Shown here one piece after another: positions 27,052 through 36,083 of a stretch of DNA of 64,000 nucleotides; the stretch's first letter is position 1; the number at the start of each line of letters is the position of its first letter. Location: NCBI GenBank assembly GCA_034439735.1, contig JAWXAX010000166.1:13355-77354 (forward strand), written 5' to 3'. The stretch is from Rhodothermales bacterium (lineage in GTDB: Bacteria; Bacteroidota; Rhodothermia; Rhodothermales; JAHQVL01). Both the position numbers and the translations under genes were made by a program. The notes beneath the pieces are model-generated. The model saw only the letters and a program-made list of their open reading frames with translations. It made no database searches and was not told the DNA's origin.

Positions 27052-27069
27052 TAGCGCACCCGTTGGGGC

Positions 27070-28038
27070 GTGGAGCAGAGCGAGCGCATGCATGAAACGT
27101 CGCGGGAGGCCGAACCTCGAATCGTCTATATGGGAACGGCCGCCTTTGCGGTGCCCGCACTCGAACACCTGTGCGAGGCCGGCTACCGCCCTATCGCGGT
27201 GGTGACAGGCCCCGATAAACCCCGAGGCCGTGGCCAGCAGATCTCCGTCACCCCCGTCAAGGCAGCCGCTCTTCGCCTGGGGATCGATACCCTCCTGCAA
27301 CCGGAACGCGTGAGTGACCCGGCCTTCGCCGAAGCCGTGCAGGCGCTCCACCCGGACATCATCGTCGTGGTCGCGTTCCGCATCCTTCCACCGGCTGTGT
27401 ACACCGCGGCTCGGCTTGGCGCCTTTAACCTTCATGGTTCTCTTTTGCCACGCTACCGCGGCGCGGCTCCCATCCATCGCGCCGTCATGGCCGGCGATCA
27501 TGAAACGGGCGTCACCACCTTTTTCCTGGAGGAGAAGGTAGATACCGGTGGTATGATCCTGCAGCGAACGATGGCCATCGGACCGGATGAAACGACGGGT
27601 GAAATACACGATCGCATGATGCAGCTGGGCGCCGAAGTCGTCCTCGAAACCGTGCGGCGTATCGCCAACGGCACGGCGATCGTAGTCCCGCAGCGGAATG
27701 AGGAAGCTACGGCGGCGCCCAAGGTCTTTACGGAAGATGGCGTCATCGACTGGAGCCGGCCGGCTCGCCAGGTGCATAACCATATTCGAGGACTGTCGCC
27801 CCATCCCGGGGCGTGGACAAAACACGGCGATACCCTGTTAAAGGCGTATCGATCCCGAATCGCCGCAGGCGATGGCTCCCCGGGCACCGTGCTGGAAGGG
27901 GGGCGCCGGCTCGTGGTGGCTTGCGGGGAAGGCGCTGTCGAACTGCTGGATGTGCAGCAGGAAGGCAAACGCCGGCTTCCGGTCCAGATCTTCCTGAATG
28001 GGTACGCACTTGCCCCGGGCGATGTGTTCCATGCATGA
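27070..28038 (+). CDS. fmt: Methionyl-tRNA formyltransferase
   Basis: 'RIVYMGTAAFAVPALEHL', 'NLHGSLLPRYRGAAPIHRAVMAGD', 'TGVTTFFLEEKVDTG'. GTG start at 27070; an internal ATG is possible. Confidence 0.93.
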   Translation: MEQSERMHETSREAEPRIVYMGTAAFAVPALEHLCEAGYRPIAVVTGPDKPRGRGQQISVTPVKAAALRLGIDTLLQPERVSDPAFAEAVQALHPDIIVVVAFRILPPAVYTAARLGAFNLHGSLLPRYRGAAPIHRAVMAGDHETGVTTFFLEEKVDTGGMILQRTMAIGPDETTGEIHDRMMQLGAEVVLETVRRIANGTAIVVPQRNEEATAAPKVFTEDGVIDWSRPARQVHNHIRGLSPHPGAWTKHGDTLLKAYRSRIAAGDGSPGTVLEGGRRLVVACGEGAVELLDVQQEGKRRLPVQIFLNGYALAPGDVFHA

Positions 28039-28219
28039 GCTTTGGGTAAATTCATCGCGTCGACCCGGTAGATTAGTCCGGCCTGTTGTAAGGTACTGTT
28101 CCTCCGGCCGCCTTCGCGCGTTGTCCCGCGCCCACCCATCCTGCGTGGTCATCGCCCCTGCGTAGCATCGGTCGACGGTTTCGTCGCTCGTTCGATTCAT
28201 TGCTTGATTTGTCAGTGTT

Positions 28220-29458
28220 GTGATGTCCACAGGCCTGTCTCGCCCCATGCCCACGCGTCCCGCCGCCCTGTTCGCGTCGTACGAGCGCGCGTTCCAACGC
28301 ATGCCAAAGCGGGAACGCCTGCGGGCCGATCAACTCACCGATCGGGCAACGCATCTTCTGGAGGACCGGCTGGGCGCACGCCCGGGGACGGTTCATGCCG
28401 GCTTCGCTCATGTCGGATTCGGGCTCTTCGCCCAACATACCTGTTTCGTGGACGGCGGTGCAGCGCTGTTGTCGCTGTCCCAGGGGACTGCCGTCGCCCT
28501 GCGTCGTGTGGGTGATGATCCCTCGGAGATCGCCGGAGAGGACCCTGGCCAGCGTTTCCTGGTAACGACGGACGAACCGTCTTCACCTGCGCCGATCTGG
28601 GTGCGACTCATCGCCGCGATCTGGCGCCGCGTCGCCGGCCAGACGGACGGCGTCCAGGCCGCCGTGGTCACGACCGTTTTTCCAACCTGCGTCGAGCCGT
28701 ATCTGGCGTCGCTGGCCGTTGCGGCGATGCGGGCCATGCATGCGGCCTGCGGCCTGCCGGCGACTACGCCGATTCCGTATGCGGCCTTGTGCACCGTCAT
28801 CAGCGAATTGATCGATGGTCCCTATAGCGTGGCCTATCTCATGGCCGCCGACGCAGGCTCCGTCGATACGATCGTGTTGGTGAATACGTTGACCGCTGAG
28901 CGTCGAAACGTGGCTATTCCCGGGGGCGATGCCATCTGCTGGGGAATCGTAGATGTGGGCTCGATGGCTCCGCTGGGGGAGGAAGCCTATCGGAATGTGG
29001 AGACGCTGGCGAAGGAAGCGCTGGCCATCCTTAAGGAAGGGCCGCATCGCGATTTGCGATCGCTGACGCTGCTGGATTTTAGATCCCTGAACCGGGCGCT
29101 GGCCGGGCTGCCAAAGCGTCTCCGGCCCGTAGTGCGGTTTCTGGTAGGGGAGTCTCATCGTGCGCATCATCTGGATACCGCGTTGCGGCGATCAGACTGG
29201 CAAGTGGTGGGCGGACTGCTGTTCTTTTCCCACGCATCGCTGCGCGAAGAGTGGGCCGGCACCAATGCAGAGATCGATTTTGTCGTCGAAGCGGTGGAAT
29301 CACGCGGGGGAGAGGGGATGTACGGGGCCTGTCTCACCGGGCGAGGGGGCTGTGTGCTGGTGGTCGGTCAGCGGTACGCCGTACCAAGTTGTGTGGAACG
29401 TATCAAGGAGGAATTCCTGGAACGATTCGGGCGTGAACCCCGCGCCATGCTGCTTTAA
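28220..29458 (+). CDS. Galactokinase/GHMP-kinase-family homologue with degenerate catalytic motifs (probable pseudoenzyme)
   Basis: Family-typical stretches are retained ('FSHASLREEWAGTNAEIDFVVEAV', 'CLTGRGGCVLVV'). The galactokinase signature position reads 'FAHVGFGLFAQHTCF' and the GHMP ATP motif position reads 'FPTCVEPYLASLA'. The start codon is uncertain. Confidence 0.65.
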   Translation: MMSTGLSRPMPTRPAALFASYERAFQRMPKRERLRADQLTDRATHLLEDRLGARPGTVHAGFAHVGFGLFAQHTCFVDGGAALLSLSQGTAVALRRVGDDPSEIAGEDPGQRFLVTTDEPSSPAPIWVRLIAAIWRRVAGQTDGVQAAVVTTVFPTCVEPYLASLAVAAMRAMHAACGLPATTPIPYAALCTVISELIDGPYSVAYLMAADAGSVDTIVLVNTLTAERRNVAIPGGDAICWGIVDVGSMAPLGEEAYRNVETLAKEALAILKEGPHRDLRSLTLLDFRSLNRALAGLPKRLRPVVRFLVGESHRAHHLDTALRRSDWQVVGGLLFFSHASLREEWAGTNAEIDFVVEAVESRGGEGMYGACLTGRGGCVLVVGQRYAVPSCVERIKEEFLERFGREPRAMLL

Positions 29459-29603
29459 GGCGTGGCGAGGGGAAACATCGACTGAATCGAAGGATTCTAG
29501 GGGATGATTTTTGTCGCCCGGAGACCTACGTTATCGCTGCGATTCGGTCGTTGCCGGTTCGCGCGCATGGTTCGCTCCTACTCACCCAAAACCTTCAAGT
29601 AGT

Positions 29604-30599
29604 ATGGCCTCATTCGATCTGGCCGTTGTGAACGAACGCATCGCCCAGGAAAGTGTCTTCGTGGATGAATTGCTCACCGAGATCGGCCGGGTAGTCGTCG
29701 GGCAGCGGTACATGGTGGAACGGCTGCTCATCGGGCTGCTCGGCGACGGACATGTGTTGCTCGAGGGTGTCCCGGGGCTGGCCAAGACGTTGACGGTGAG
29801 CTCTCTGGCGCGCGCCATCAGCACCAACTTCCAACGTATCCAATTCACGCCGGATCTGTTACCGGCGGACTTGCTGGGCACGCTGATCTACAACCAGCAC
29901 GAAAACGTCTTCAGCATCAAGAAAGGGCCGATCTTCTCCAATATTATCCTGGCGGACGAGATCAACCGCTCGCCGGCGAAGGTGCAGAGCGCGCTCCTGG
30001 AAAGCATGCAAGAGCGCCAGGTCACGATCGGGGAGACAACCTTCAAACTCGAAGAACCGTTTCTGGTCCTCGCCACCCAGAACCCTATCGAGCAGGAGGG
30101 GACGTATCCGCTTCCCGAGGCGCAGGTAGACCGGTTCATGCTCAAGATCAAGGTGGGCTACCCGTCGCGCGATGAAGAACTGGAGATCATGCGCCGCATG
30201 GCCCGAACGGGCGAACGCGCCACGGTCCGTCCCGTCATCAAACCCCAGCAGATCCTGTCCGCCCGCCTCGTATTAAACGACCTGTATATCGACGAGCGCG
30301 TCGAGAAGTATATCGTGGACCTGGTCATGGCGTCTCGCCAGCCCGGACAGTATAAGCTCGAATCCCTGACCCCGCTCATCGAATACGGCGCTTCCCCGCG
30401 CGCTACGATCAACCTCAATCTCGCCGCTCGCGCCCACGCCTTCTTGCAGCACCGTGCCTACGTGATGCCCGAAGACGTGCGCTCGATCGCAATGGATGTA
30501 CTCCGTCACCGCATCGCCCCGACCTACGAGGCCGAGGCGGAGGAAGTGACGAGCGAGGATATCGTGCAGCGCATCCTCGATAAGGTCGAAGTGCCCTGA
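29604..30599 (+). CDS. MoxR-family AAA+ ATPase
   Basis: The ATG at 29604 ('[13 protein letters not shown]') is preferred over the ORF-track start at 29511. Walker A '[10 protein letters not shown]', Walker B 'IILADEINR', '[22 protein letters not shown]', 'GASPRA'. Confidence 0.93.
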   Translation: MASFDLAVVNERIAQESVFVDELLTEIGRVVVGQRYMVERLLIGLLGDGHVLLEGVPGLAKTLTVSSLARAISTNFQRIQFTPDLLPADLLGTLIYNQHENVFSIKKGPIFSNIILADEINRSPAKVQSALLESMQERQVTIGETTFKLEEPFLVLATQNPIEQEGTYPLPEAQVDRFMLKIKVGYPSRDEELEIMRRMARTGERATVRPVIKPQQILSARLVLNDLYIDERVEKYIVDLVMASRQPGQYKLESLTPLIEYGASPRATINLNLAARAHAFLQHRAYVMPEDVRSIAMDVLRHRIAPTYEAEAEEVTSEDIVQRILDKVEVP

Positions 30600-30612
30600 C
30601 CCCAGGCTCAAT

Positions 30613-31629
30613 ATGCCACATACTCCGCAGGTGTTTAAGAAGGAGAGTCTGACCGTCGAATTCGTCGTCGAACAACTCACCACGCGTATGGGGCTCGAGA
30701 TCACCGCTGTTAATGCGGTGGACGCCTCGAAACGAAAGATACAGGAGAGTAATCTGCATCGCCCAGGTCTTGCACTGGCGGGGTATGTCGACCTCTTTAC
30801 GTACCAACGGGTCCAGATCCTGGGTAACACCGAAACGCAGTACCTGGGGCATCTAAAGACATCCCGCCGGAGAGAAGCCTTCGATCATCTGATCCAATTT
30901 CCCATTCCGTGTATCTTTCTCACGGAAAACAACGAGCTCGATCCGGAGCTGGTGGAGATGGCGACGAAGGTAGAGGTGCCCCTCTATGTGACGGCTACCC
31001 CCACCACTCGCTTCATGTCCCTCCTGGGCGAGTTCTTGAACGATCAGTTCGCGTTGCAGCAGCCCGTACACGGATCCCTCGTTGCGGTGTACGGCATCGG
31101 CCTGCTGATCACCGGGAAGTCCGGCATCGGAAAAAGCGAGGTGGCGCTGGACCTCGTCGAACGCGGCCACCGACTGGTAGCGGACGACGTCGTGATCGCT
31201 ACAAAGCAGGGCGAACAGATCGTGATGGGTTCTGGAACGGACCTTGTGCAGCATTTCATGGAAGTGCGTGGCCTGGGGCTCGTCGACGTCCGCGCGATGT
31301 TCGGCATCCGGGCGATACGCTTCCAGAAACGCATCGAGGTGGTGGTCAATATGCAGCTGTGGGACCCGGACGAGGACTACACCCGCATCAGCATGGTAGA
31401 CGACACGTTCCCGATACTGGGCGTCGAGTTGCCCCTCGTCAAGGTGCCCATCACCCCCGGCAAGAACATCACCGTCATCTGCGAAGTGATCGCGATGAAT
31501 CACTTGCTCCGCCATTATGGATACGACCCGGCCGAGGTGTTCGCCAAGCGCCTCGCCGACCGAATCCGTAAGAACGAGTCGACGATGCCCCTGCGAGGCA
31601 TCGAATATTTCGAGCACGATTACGAATGA
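30613..31629 (+). CDS. hprK: HPr kinase/phosphorylase (full length, with N-terminal domain)
   Basis: 'NLHRPGLALAGY', P-loop 'ITGKSGIGKSEVALDLVERGHRLVADD', signature 'MEVRGLGLVDV'. Confidence 0.9.
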   Translation: MPHTPQVFKKESLTVEFVVEQLTTRMGLEITAVNAVDASKRKIQESNLHRPGLALAGYVDLFTYQRVQILGNTETQYLGHLKTSRRREAFDHLIQFPIPCIFLTENNELDPELVEMATKVEVPLYVTATPTTRFMSLLGEFLNDQFALQQPVHGSLVAVYGIGLLITGKSGIGKSEVALDLVERGHRLVADDVVIATKQGEQIVMGSGTDLVQHFMEVRGLGLVDVRAMFGIRAIRFQKRIEVVVNMQLWDPDEDYTRISMVDDTFPILGVELPLVKVPITPGKNITVICEVIAMNHLLRHYGYDPAEVFAKRLADRIRKNESTMPLRGIEYFEHDYE

Positions 31630-31761
31630 AGGGTCGGCGCCGAGCGTCGGCGGAACGTATCTCCGACACTGAAGTTTGGCAGAAAAGAGATACGATGGTG
31701 ATGGATTTGACACGATTCCAGCGCCATCTTTCCGTTTCGTGTCGCACGAAGGGTCTCACTG

Positions 31762-31790
31762 TTGACAAGGGATGGCCGCGCTCCTATATT
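31762..31790 (+). promoter_or_regulatory. Consensus sigma70-type promoter inside the 481-bp hprK/M23 intergenic region
   Basis: TTGACA (31762-31767), exactly 17 nt spacer, TATATT (31785-31790). It lies about 320 nt upstream of the ATG at 32111. Confidence 0.55.
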
Positions 31791-32110
31791 TCCTGGGCCA
31801 GAAAATAAGCGGAGTCAGATGCACTGGGTATGTACACATTCTCATTCTTGCTACTCCTTGTTCGATAGTGGACTATCCCCCACAGGTAGTCTGGTATCTC
31901 ATAGTAAGCTTAAGTGAACAGACGCCCGGCCGATTGCCAGTGTAATTCGATGTACACCACGACTACAATCGCTCGGTCAGGCCGATCTGATCTTCAAGTT
32001 CTCGAAGAGGCGTTTGCTCCCCGGATTCGTCAAGCGAGCGTCCGTGATACCTCTTCCTGCTGTGAGCATGCACTGGATTCGAAGTCAATGGCGGGATAAG
32101 CGTTGTTCTT

Positions 32111-33088
32111 ATGGCAAAAAATAAATATTATTACTACGACGAACAGTCATTTTCGTTTGTCGAGTTGAAGCCAAAAAGGTCGAGGCTGATCAAACAGGGC
32201 GGTATCCTCTTCTTGATCGCACTCGTCATGGCAGGCTTCCTGACCTACGGGGTGGACCGCGTCGTAGGTACTCCAGAGGAACTTGCGCTCATCCACGAGA
32301 ACGCCGTTCTTCAGGACCAACTCAACACGGTGCGGCAGAAGATGTCCGACTTTTCGGCTCAGCTGGACGCCCTCTCCCAGTCCGATCAGGAACTCTATCG
32401 AACCATTCTCCAGGCCGATCCAATCCCCGAGGATGTCCGCCAGGTGGGTGTAGGTGGTACGGAGGCGTATAACGAATTTAACGGGTTCAGCCCGAGCACC
32501 AGCGAATTGCTCCGTGAAACCGCCTCTCAGTTGGATCAGTTGGAGCGCCAGATGAATCTCCAGAACGAAAGTTATCGCGACCTGGCGAATCTGGCTGAAA
32601 AACGGAGCGACTGGCTCGCGCAAATGCCGGCCATCCTCCCCGCCGAAGGTCCGCTCGTCTCCGGACACGGCCAGCGTTTCCACCCGATTCTGCGCATCAA
32701 CAGGATGCATCACGGCATCGATATCCTCGTTCCACGTGGTACACCCGTACATTCCTCGGGTGACGGCGTCATCCTGGAGGCCGGCCGGAATTCAGGATTT
32801 GGTAAGTATGTCAAGATCAAGCACCCCGTTACCGGCTACACTACAGTTTATGCCCACCTCTCCGATATCCCCACGGAGATCGTTCAGGGCCGGCAGATCA
32901 AGCGCGGGGAGAAAATCGGATACAGCGGCAACACGGGCTTATCCGCCGCCCCACACCTTCACTACGAAGTGCGTGGCACCGATGGTCGATCGGTTAATCC
33001 TATCTACTTCTTCCTGCCCAATATGACGCCCGAACAGTATCGGGAGATGTTCGCCGAAGTGGAGGCTACCGAAAGCTCCCTGGACTGA
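32111..33088 (+). CDS. M23-family peptidoglycan metalloendopeptidase with N-terminal anchor and coiled coil
   Basis: TM 'GGILFLIALVMAGFLTYGV'. LytM motifs 'HHGIDI', 'GNTGLSAAPHLHYEV'. Confidence 0.9.
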   Translation: MAKNKYYYYDEQSFSFVELKPKRSRLIKQGGILFLIALVMAGFLTYGVDRVVGTPEELALIHENAVLQDQLNTVRQKMSDFSAQLDALSQSDQELYRTILQADPIPEDVRQVGVGGTEAYNEFNGFSPSTSELLRETASQLDQLERQMNLQNESYRDLANLAEKRSDWLAQMPAILPAEGPLVSGHGQRFHPILRINRMHHGIDILVPRGTPVHSSGDGVILEAGRNSGFGKYVKIKHPVTGYTTVYAHLSDIPTEIVQGRQIKRGEKIGYSGNTGLSAAPHLHYEVRGTDGRSVNPIYFFLPNMTPEQYREMFAEVEATESSLD

Positions 33089-33223
33089 CCGGCGGATGAA
33101 CGGGGCATACCCGGGGTGTCGTACTCTCCTCTCACCGGCTATTCGGAACACACGCTCCGCTTGCGCGTGCCTCGCCTGAGTACAATCAGGCCGGACGGGT
33201 ACCGCACTAGCGCAAGTGGCGTG

Positions 33224-33252
33224 TTGCATTTATACCCTTTACGTCCTATCGT
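33224..33252 (+). promoter_or_regulatory. Candidate sigma70-type promoter upstream of the DUF2795 gene
   Basis: TTGCAT (33224-33229), 17 nt spacer, TATCGT (33247-33252). Confidence 0.3.
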
Positions 33253-33332
33253 GCTTCCCCGGAGCGATTCGTTCAACTTGCTTCCGATGCTGTCACTTAC
33301 TCCCACGTGTACCATTAGCTGAATTGCCGACC

Positions 33333-33551
33333 ATGTATTGGACCCTGGAATTTGCCTCCTACCTGGAAGACGCGCCGTGGCCGGCTACGAAGGACGAACT
33401 CATCGATTACGCCGAACGGACAGGCGCCCCCATCGAGGTCATCGAAAACCTTCGCGAGATGGAGGATGACGGCGAGCCTTACGAGAGCATCGAAGAAATC
33501 TGGCCCGATTTCCCAACGGCGGACGACGATTTCTTTTTCGAGGAGGAGTAG
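33333..33551 (+). CDS. DUF2795-like small acidic protein
   Basis: The ATG at 33333 gives 72 aa: 'MYWTLEFASYLEDAPWPATKDELIDYAERTGAPIEVIENL...'. This fits the DUF2795 pattern (WPAxKxxLI..A...GAP..V). The ORF-track start at 33216 adds an implausible Cys-rich extension. Confidence 0.75.
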   Translation: MYWTLEFASYLEDAPWPATKDELIDYAERTGAPIEVIENLREMEDDGEPYESIEEIWPDFPTADDDFFFEEE

Positions 33552-33557
33552 CGGCGC

Positions 33558-36077
33558 TTGTGTCTGAACGTTATCCAGATAGCCGTCGTTCGCCTTATTA
33601 TACGCTCATCCGTTCTCTCGTTCGTTTTCGGCGTTTATTCTGCTCACCGCCTTCGAGGCCTCGCGGTTCTCCTACACCTTTCTCTTGTGTGGGTCATTGT
33701 CGCCGGCCCGGGTTTGCTCCCTGCTAACGCCCAACCGCTCCCCGACCCTCCCCAAGAGTCGGATCGAAGTATCGTGTCTCGTGTTCGCTTCAGGGGCAAT
33801 AGCGTCTTTACCGCAGATCAACTCGATGCCCGCGTTCGCACCCAGGCCAATCGTCGTTTCCTTCGTATTCCGGGCTTCACCTGGTGGCTGTGGCTCCATC
33901 AACTCGGTGCGTCCAATACGCTCGGACGTCGCCTGGGTCGCGCGCTAATCGCTACGGGCGAACCACCGGCCTACCTGGATACTACCGTTCTCCAGCAGGA
34001 TGTGGAGCGTCTGATCAACTCCTACCGTCAGGAAGGCTACCGCCAGGCCGAGGTGCATGCACGGATCGACACCCTGGCGAACGGACGTCTCGACGTGCAC
34101 TTTCTGGTCGACCAGGGACGCCCTACCTACATCGGCACCGTCTCTTACGATGCCGAGGACCTGGGGCCGTCGCAGCAGGAAGCGCTGGCCCGCCAGTCGA
34201 TCTTGAAACCCACCAACCTCCGTGTCCGTGGCGATACCCTCTCGTTTCTGCCCGATGGTCATTTGTTTACCGTACCCGCGCTGCACGAGGAACGCCGGCG
34301 AATCCTTACCTTCCTACGCGACGAAGGTTATGCCTCCGCGACACGGGATTCCATTCGCGCCATCGTATTCCCCAGGGCAGAGGATACGCTCGATGTAACG
34401 TTCGTCATCAAAGCCGGCGAACGTTTTATGTTCGCAGACGTCTTCTTTGCCGTGAGCGGACCCGAACAGGCCGCCGCACTCCGCATCGATACCTTGGCCG
34501 TTCTTCCGTCTGACAGTGCCGGTATCGTGGTTACACAGATCGAGGGTGATCGCCGGCTTCGCAGCGGTCTGCTTCGCCGCTCCCTCCAATTCGCCCCGGG
34601 TGAATGGTATAATCAGTCACTCGTCCTGGCTACCAAGCGCCGGCTGGAAGGCACCGGCGTCTTCGCCTACACGCGCATCGAAGCCCTGATGAGCGATACG
34701 ACCCACACGATCGGGGTCGAGGGCACACGGCTTCCACATCGGATCGAGTTGAGAACACGCGAGCGCCATCAGATGCGCTTCGAAACGTTTATGCTCCAGC
34801 GAAATGGGGTGCTTTCTACATCCGACAATGAGTTGGGTACCGGCCTGGGGGTGACGTACGAGAATGCCAATGTCCTCGGCCGCGGCGAACTGCTCCGCAT
34901 CAATACGACCGGCTCGATCGCCGGCGACGTGGACTCTACGTTTTTTACCTCGGCGCAGGTGGAGGTATCAGCCTCCCTCACCATTCCCTACCTGATTCGC
35001 CCCTTCCATCGACTGGAAGATCTATTCGATCTTTACGACGCCCGCAGTCAACTCTCCCTCGCATTTCTGACCGCGCGCCGCGAACAACTCCGCCTCGTGA
35101 TCCGTGGCCGAGGATCGGCCCGCTTCCGCGTCGAAATGCAACATAATCCAACGCTTTACACCTTTCTGGACGCCTTTGATCTTACCCTGAGCAATCCGGA
35201 CACCCTGATCGGTTTCAAGAAAAACTTCCTGGACCAAATCGTCGAGGCCATCGACGACCCGGTCCAACGCGCGCAAATTGAAGAGGACTATACCAAACCC
35301 CAGATCAATAGCGCGCTCCGGTATTCGTTCCGGTCTGCCAATGCGAATCCCCTCCGACGCGATCAGGGATATAGCTACGAGGGATCGTTTGAGATCGGAG
35401 GCAATCTCCCGTACCTGATCGACCGGTACATCGCCACGCCCGATACACTGGAGGGCCGGCTGCCAGGCCTGGGCCTCTTTAAAAGCAGCTCCACGGACAA
35501 CAGCCTCATCTACCGGCAATACATCCGCATGGGGGCGGACTTCCGGCGTTACAACCCGATGAATACCCGCTCGATCGTGGCCTGGAAGGTGGTCTCAGGT
35601 TTTGCGCACCCCACAGGCAATGCCGACGTCGTGCCATTCGACCGCCGGTTCTATAGCGGCGGCGCGGCGAGCGTCCGCGGCTGGGGCTTGCGTGAACTGG
35701 GGCCGGGGCGAAACCAGCTTGATTCGAGCAGCCCCATCCTGGGTGGCGAAATCAAACTAGAGGCCAGTGTGGAAGTGCGTAACATCATTATGTATGACGT
35801 GCTCGCTGCGGACTGGATCCTGGCGCTCTTTGGCGACACCGGAAACGTTTGGATCGGGCCGCGCAACCCGGGTGGACCGGTCGGCCGCTTTCGTTTTGAC
35901 TCTTTCTACCGTGAATTGGGCGTGGGAGCGGGTTTTGGGCTGCGTTTGGCCTGGGAATATCTTATCGTACGATTAGACCTCGCTTATAAAGTGCACGATC
36001 CGGCGCGTGGAGGAGGCTTCTTCGATCACGCGTTTAATGAATCCAGGCTCCACTTCGGGATCGGACACGCATTTTGA
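33558..36077 (+). CDS. BamA/TamA (Omp85)-family outer-membrane protein
   Basis: POTRA-like segments 'VSRVRFRGNSVFTADQLDARV' and 'LQQDVERLINSYRQEGYRQAEV'. Surface-antigen barrel with 'RFYSGGAASVRGW' and a terminal 'HFGIGHAF'. TTG start from the ORF track; the exact start is uncertain. Confidence 0.85.
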   Translation: MCLNVIQIAVVRLIIRSSVLSFVFGVYSAHRLRGLAVLLHLSLVWVIVAGPGLLPANAQPLPDPPQESDRSIVSRVRFRGNSVFTADQLDARVRTQANRRFLRIPGFTWWLWLHQLGASNTLGRRLGRALIATGEPPAYLDTTVLQQDVERLINSYRQEGYRQAEVHARIDTLANGRLDVHFLVDQGRPTYIGTVSYDAEDLGPSQQEALARQSILKPTNLRVRGDTLSFLPDGHLFTVPALHEERRRILTFLRDEGYASATRDSIRAIVFPRAEDTLDVTFVIKAGERFMFADVFFAVSGPEQAAALRIDTLAVLPSDSAGIVVTQIEGDRRLRSGLLRRSLQFAPGEWYNQSLVLATKRRLEGTGVFAYTRIEALMSDTTHTIGVEGTRLPHRIELRTRERHQMRFETFMLQRNGVLSTSDNELGTGLGVTYENANVLGRGELLRINTTGSIAGDVDSTFFTSAQVEVSASLTIPYLIRPFHRLEDLFDLYDARSQLSLAFLTARREQLRLVIRGRGSARFRVEMQHNPTLYTFLDAFDLTLSNPDTLIGFKKNFLDQIVEAIDDPVQRAQIEEDYTKPQINSALRYSFRSANANPLRRDQGYSYEGSFEIGGNLPYLIDRYIATPDTLEGRLPGLGLFKSSSTDNSLIYRQYIRMGADFRRYNPMNTRSIVAWKVVSGFAHPTGNADVVPFDRRFYSGGAASVRGWGLRELGPGRNQLDSSSPILGGEIKLEASVEVRNIIMYDVLAADWILALFGDTGNVWIGPRNPGGPVGRFRFDSFYRELGVGAGFGLRLAWEYLIVRLDLAYKVHDPARGGGFFDHAFNESRLHFGIGHAF

Positions 36078-36083
36078 ACACCT

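Noticed and set aside
31819-32076. Direct 9-nt repeat ATGCACTGG (31819-31827 and 32068-32076) in the long hprK/M23 spacer
   Set aside because: A single 9-mer recurrence within about 480 nt is roughly what chance predicts. It is not used as evidence.
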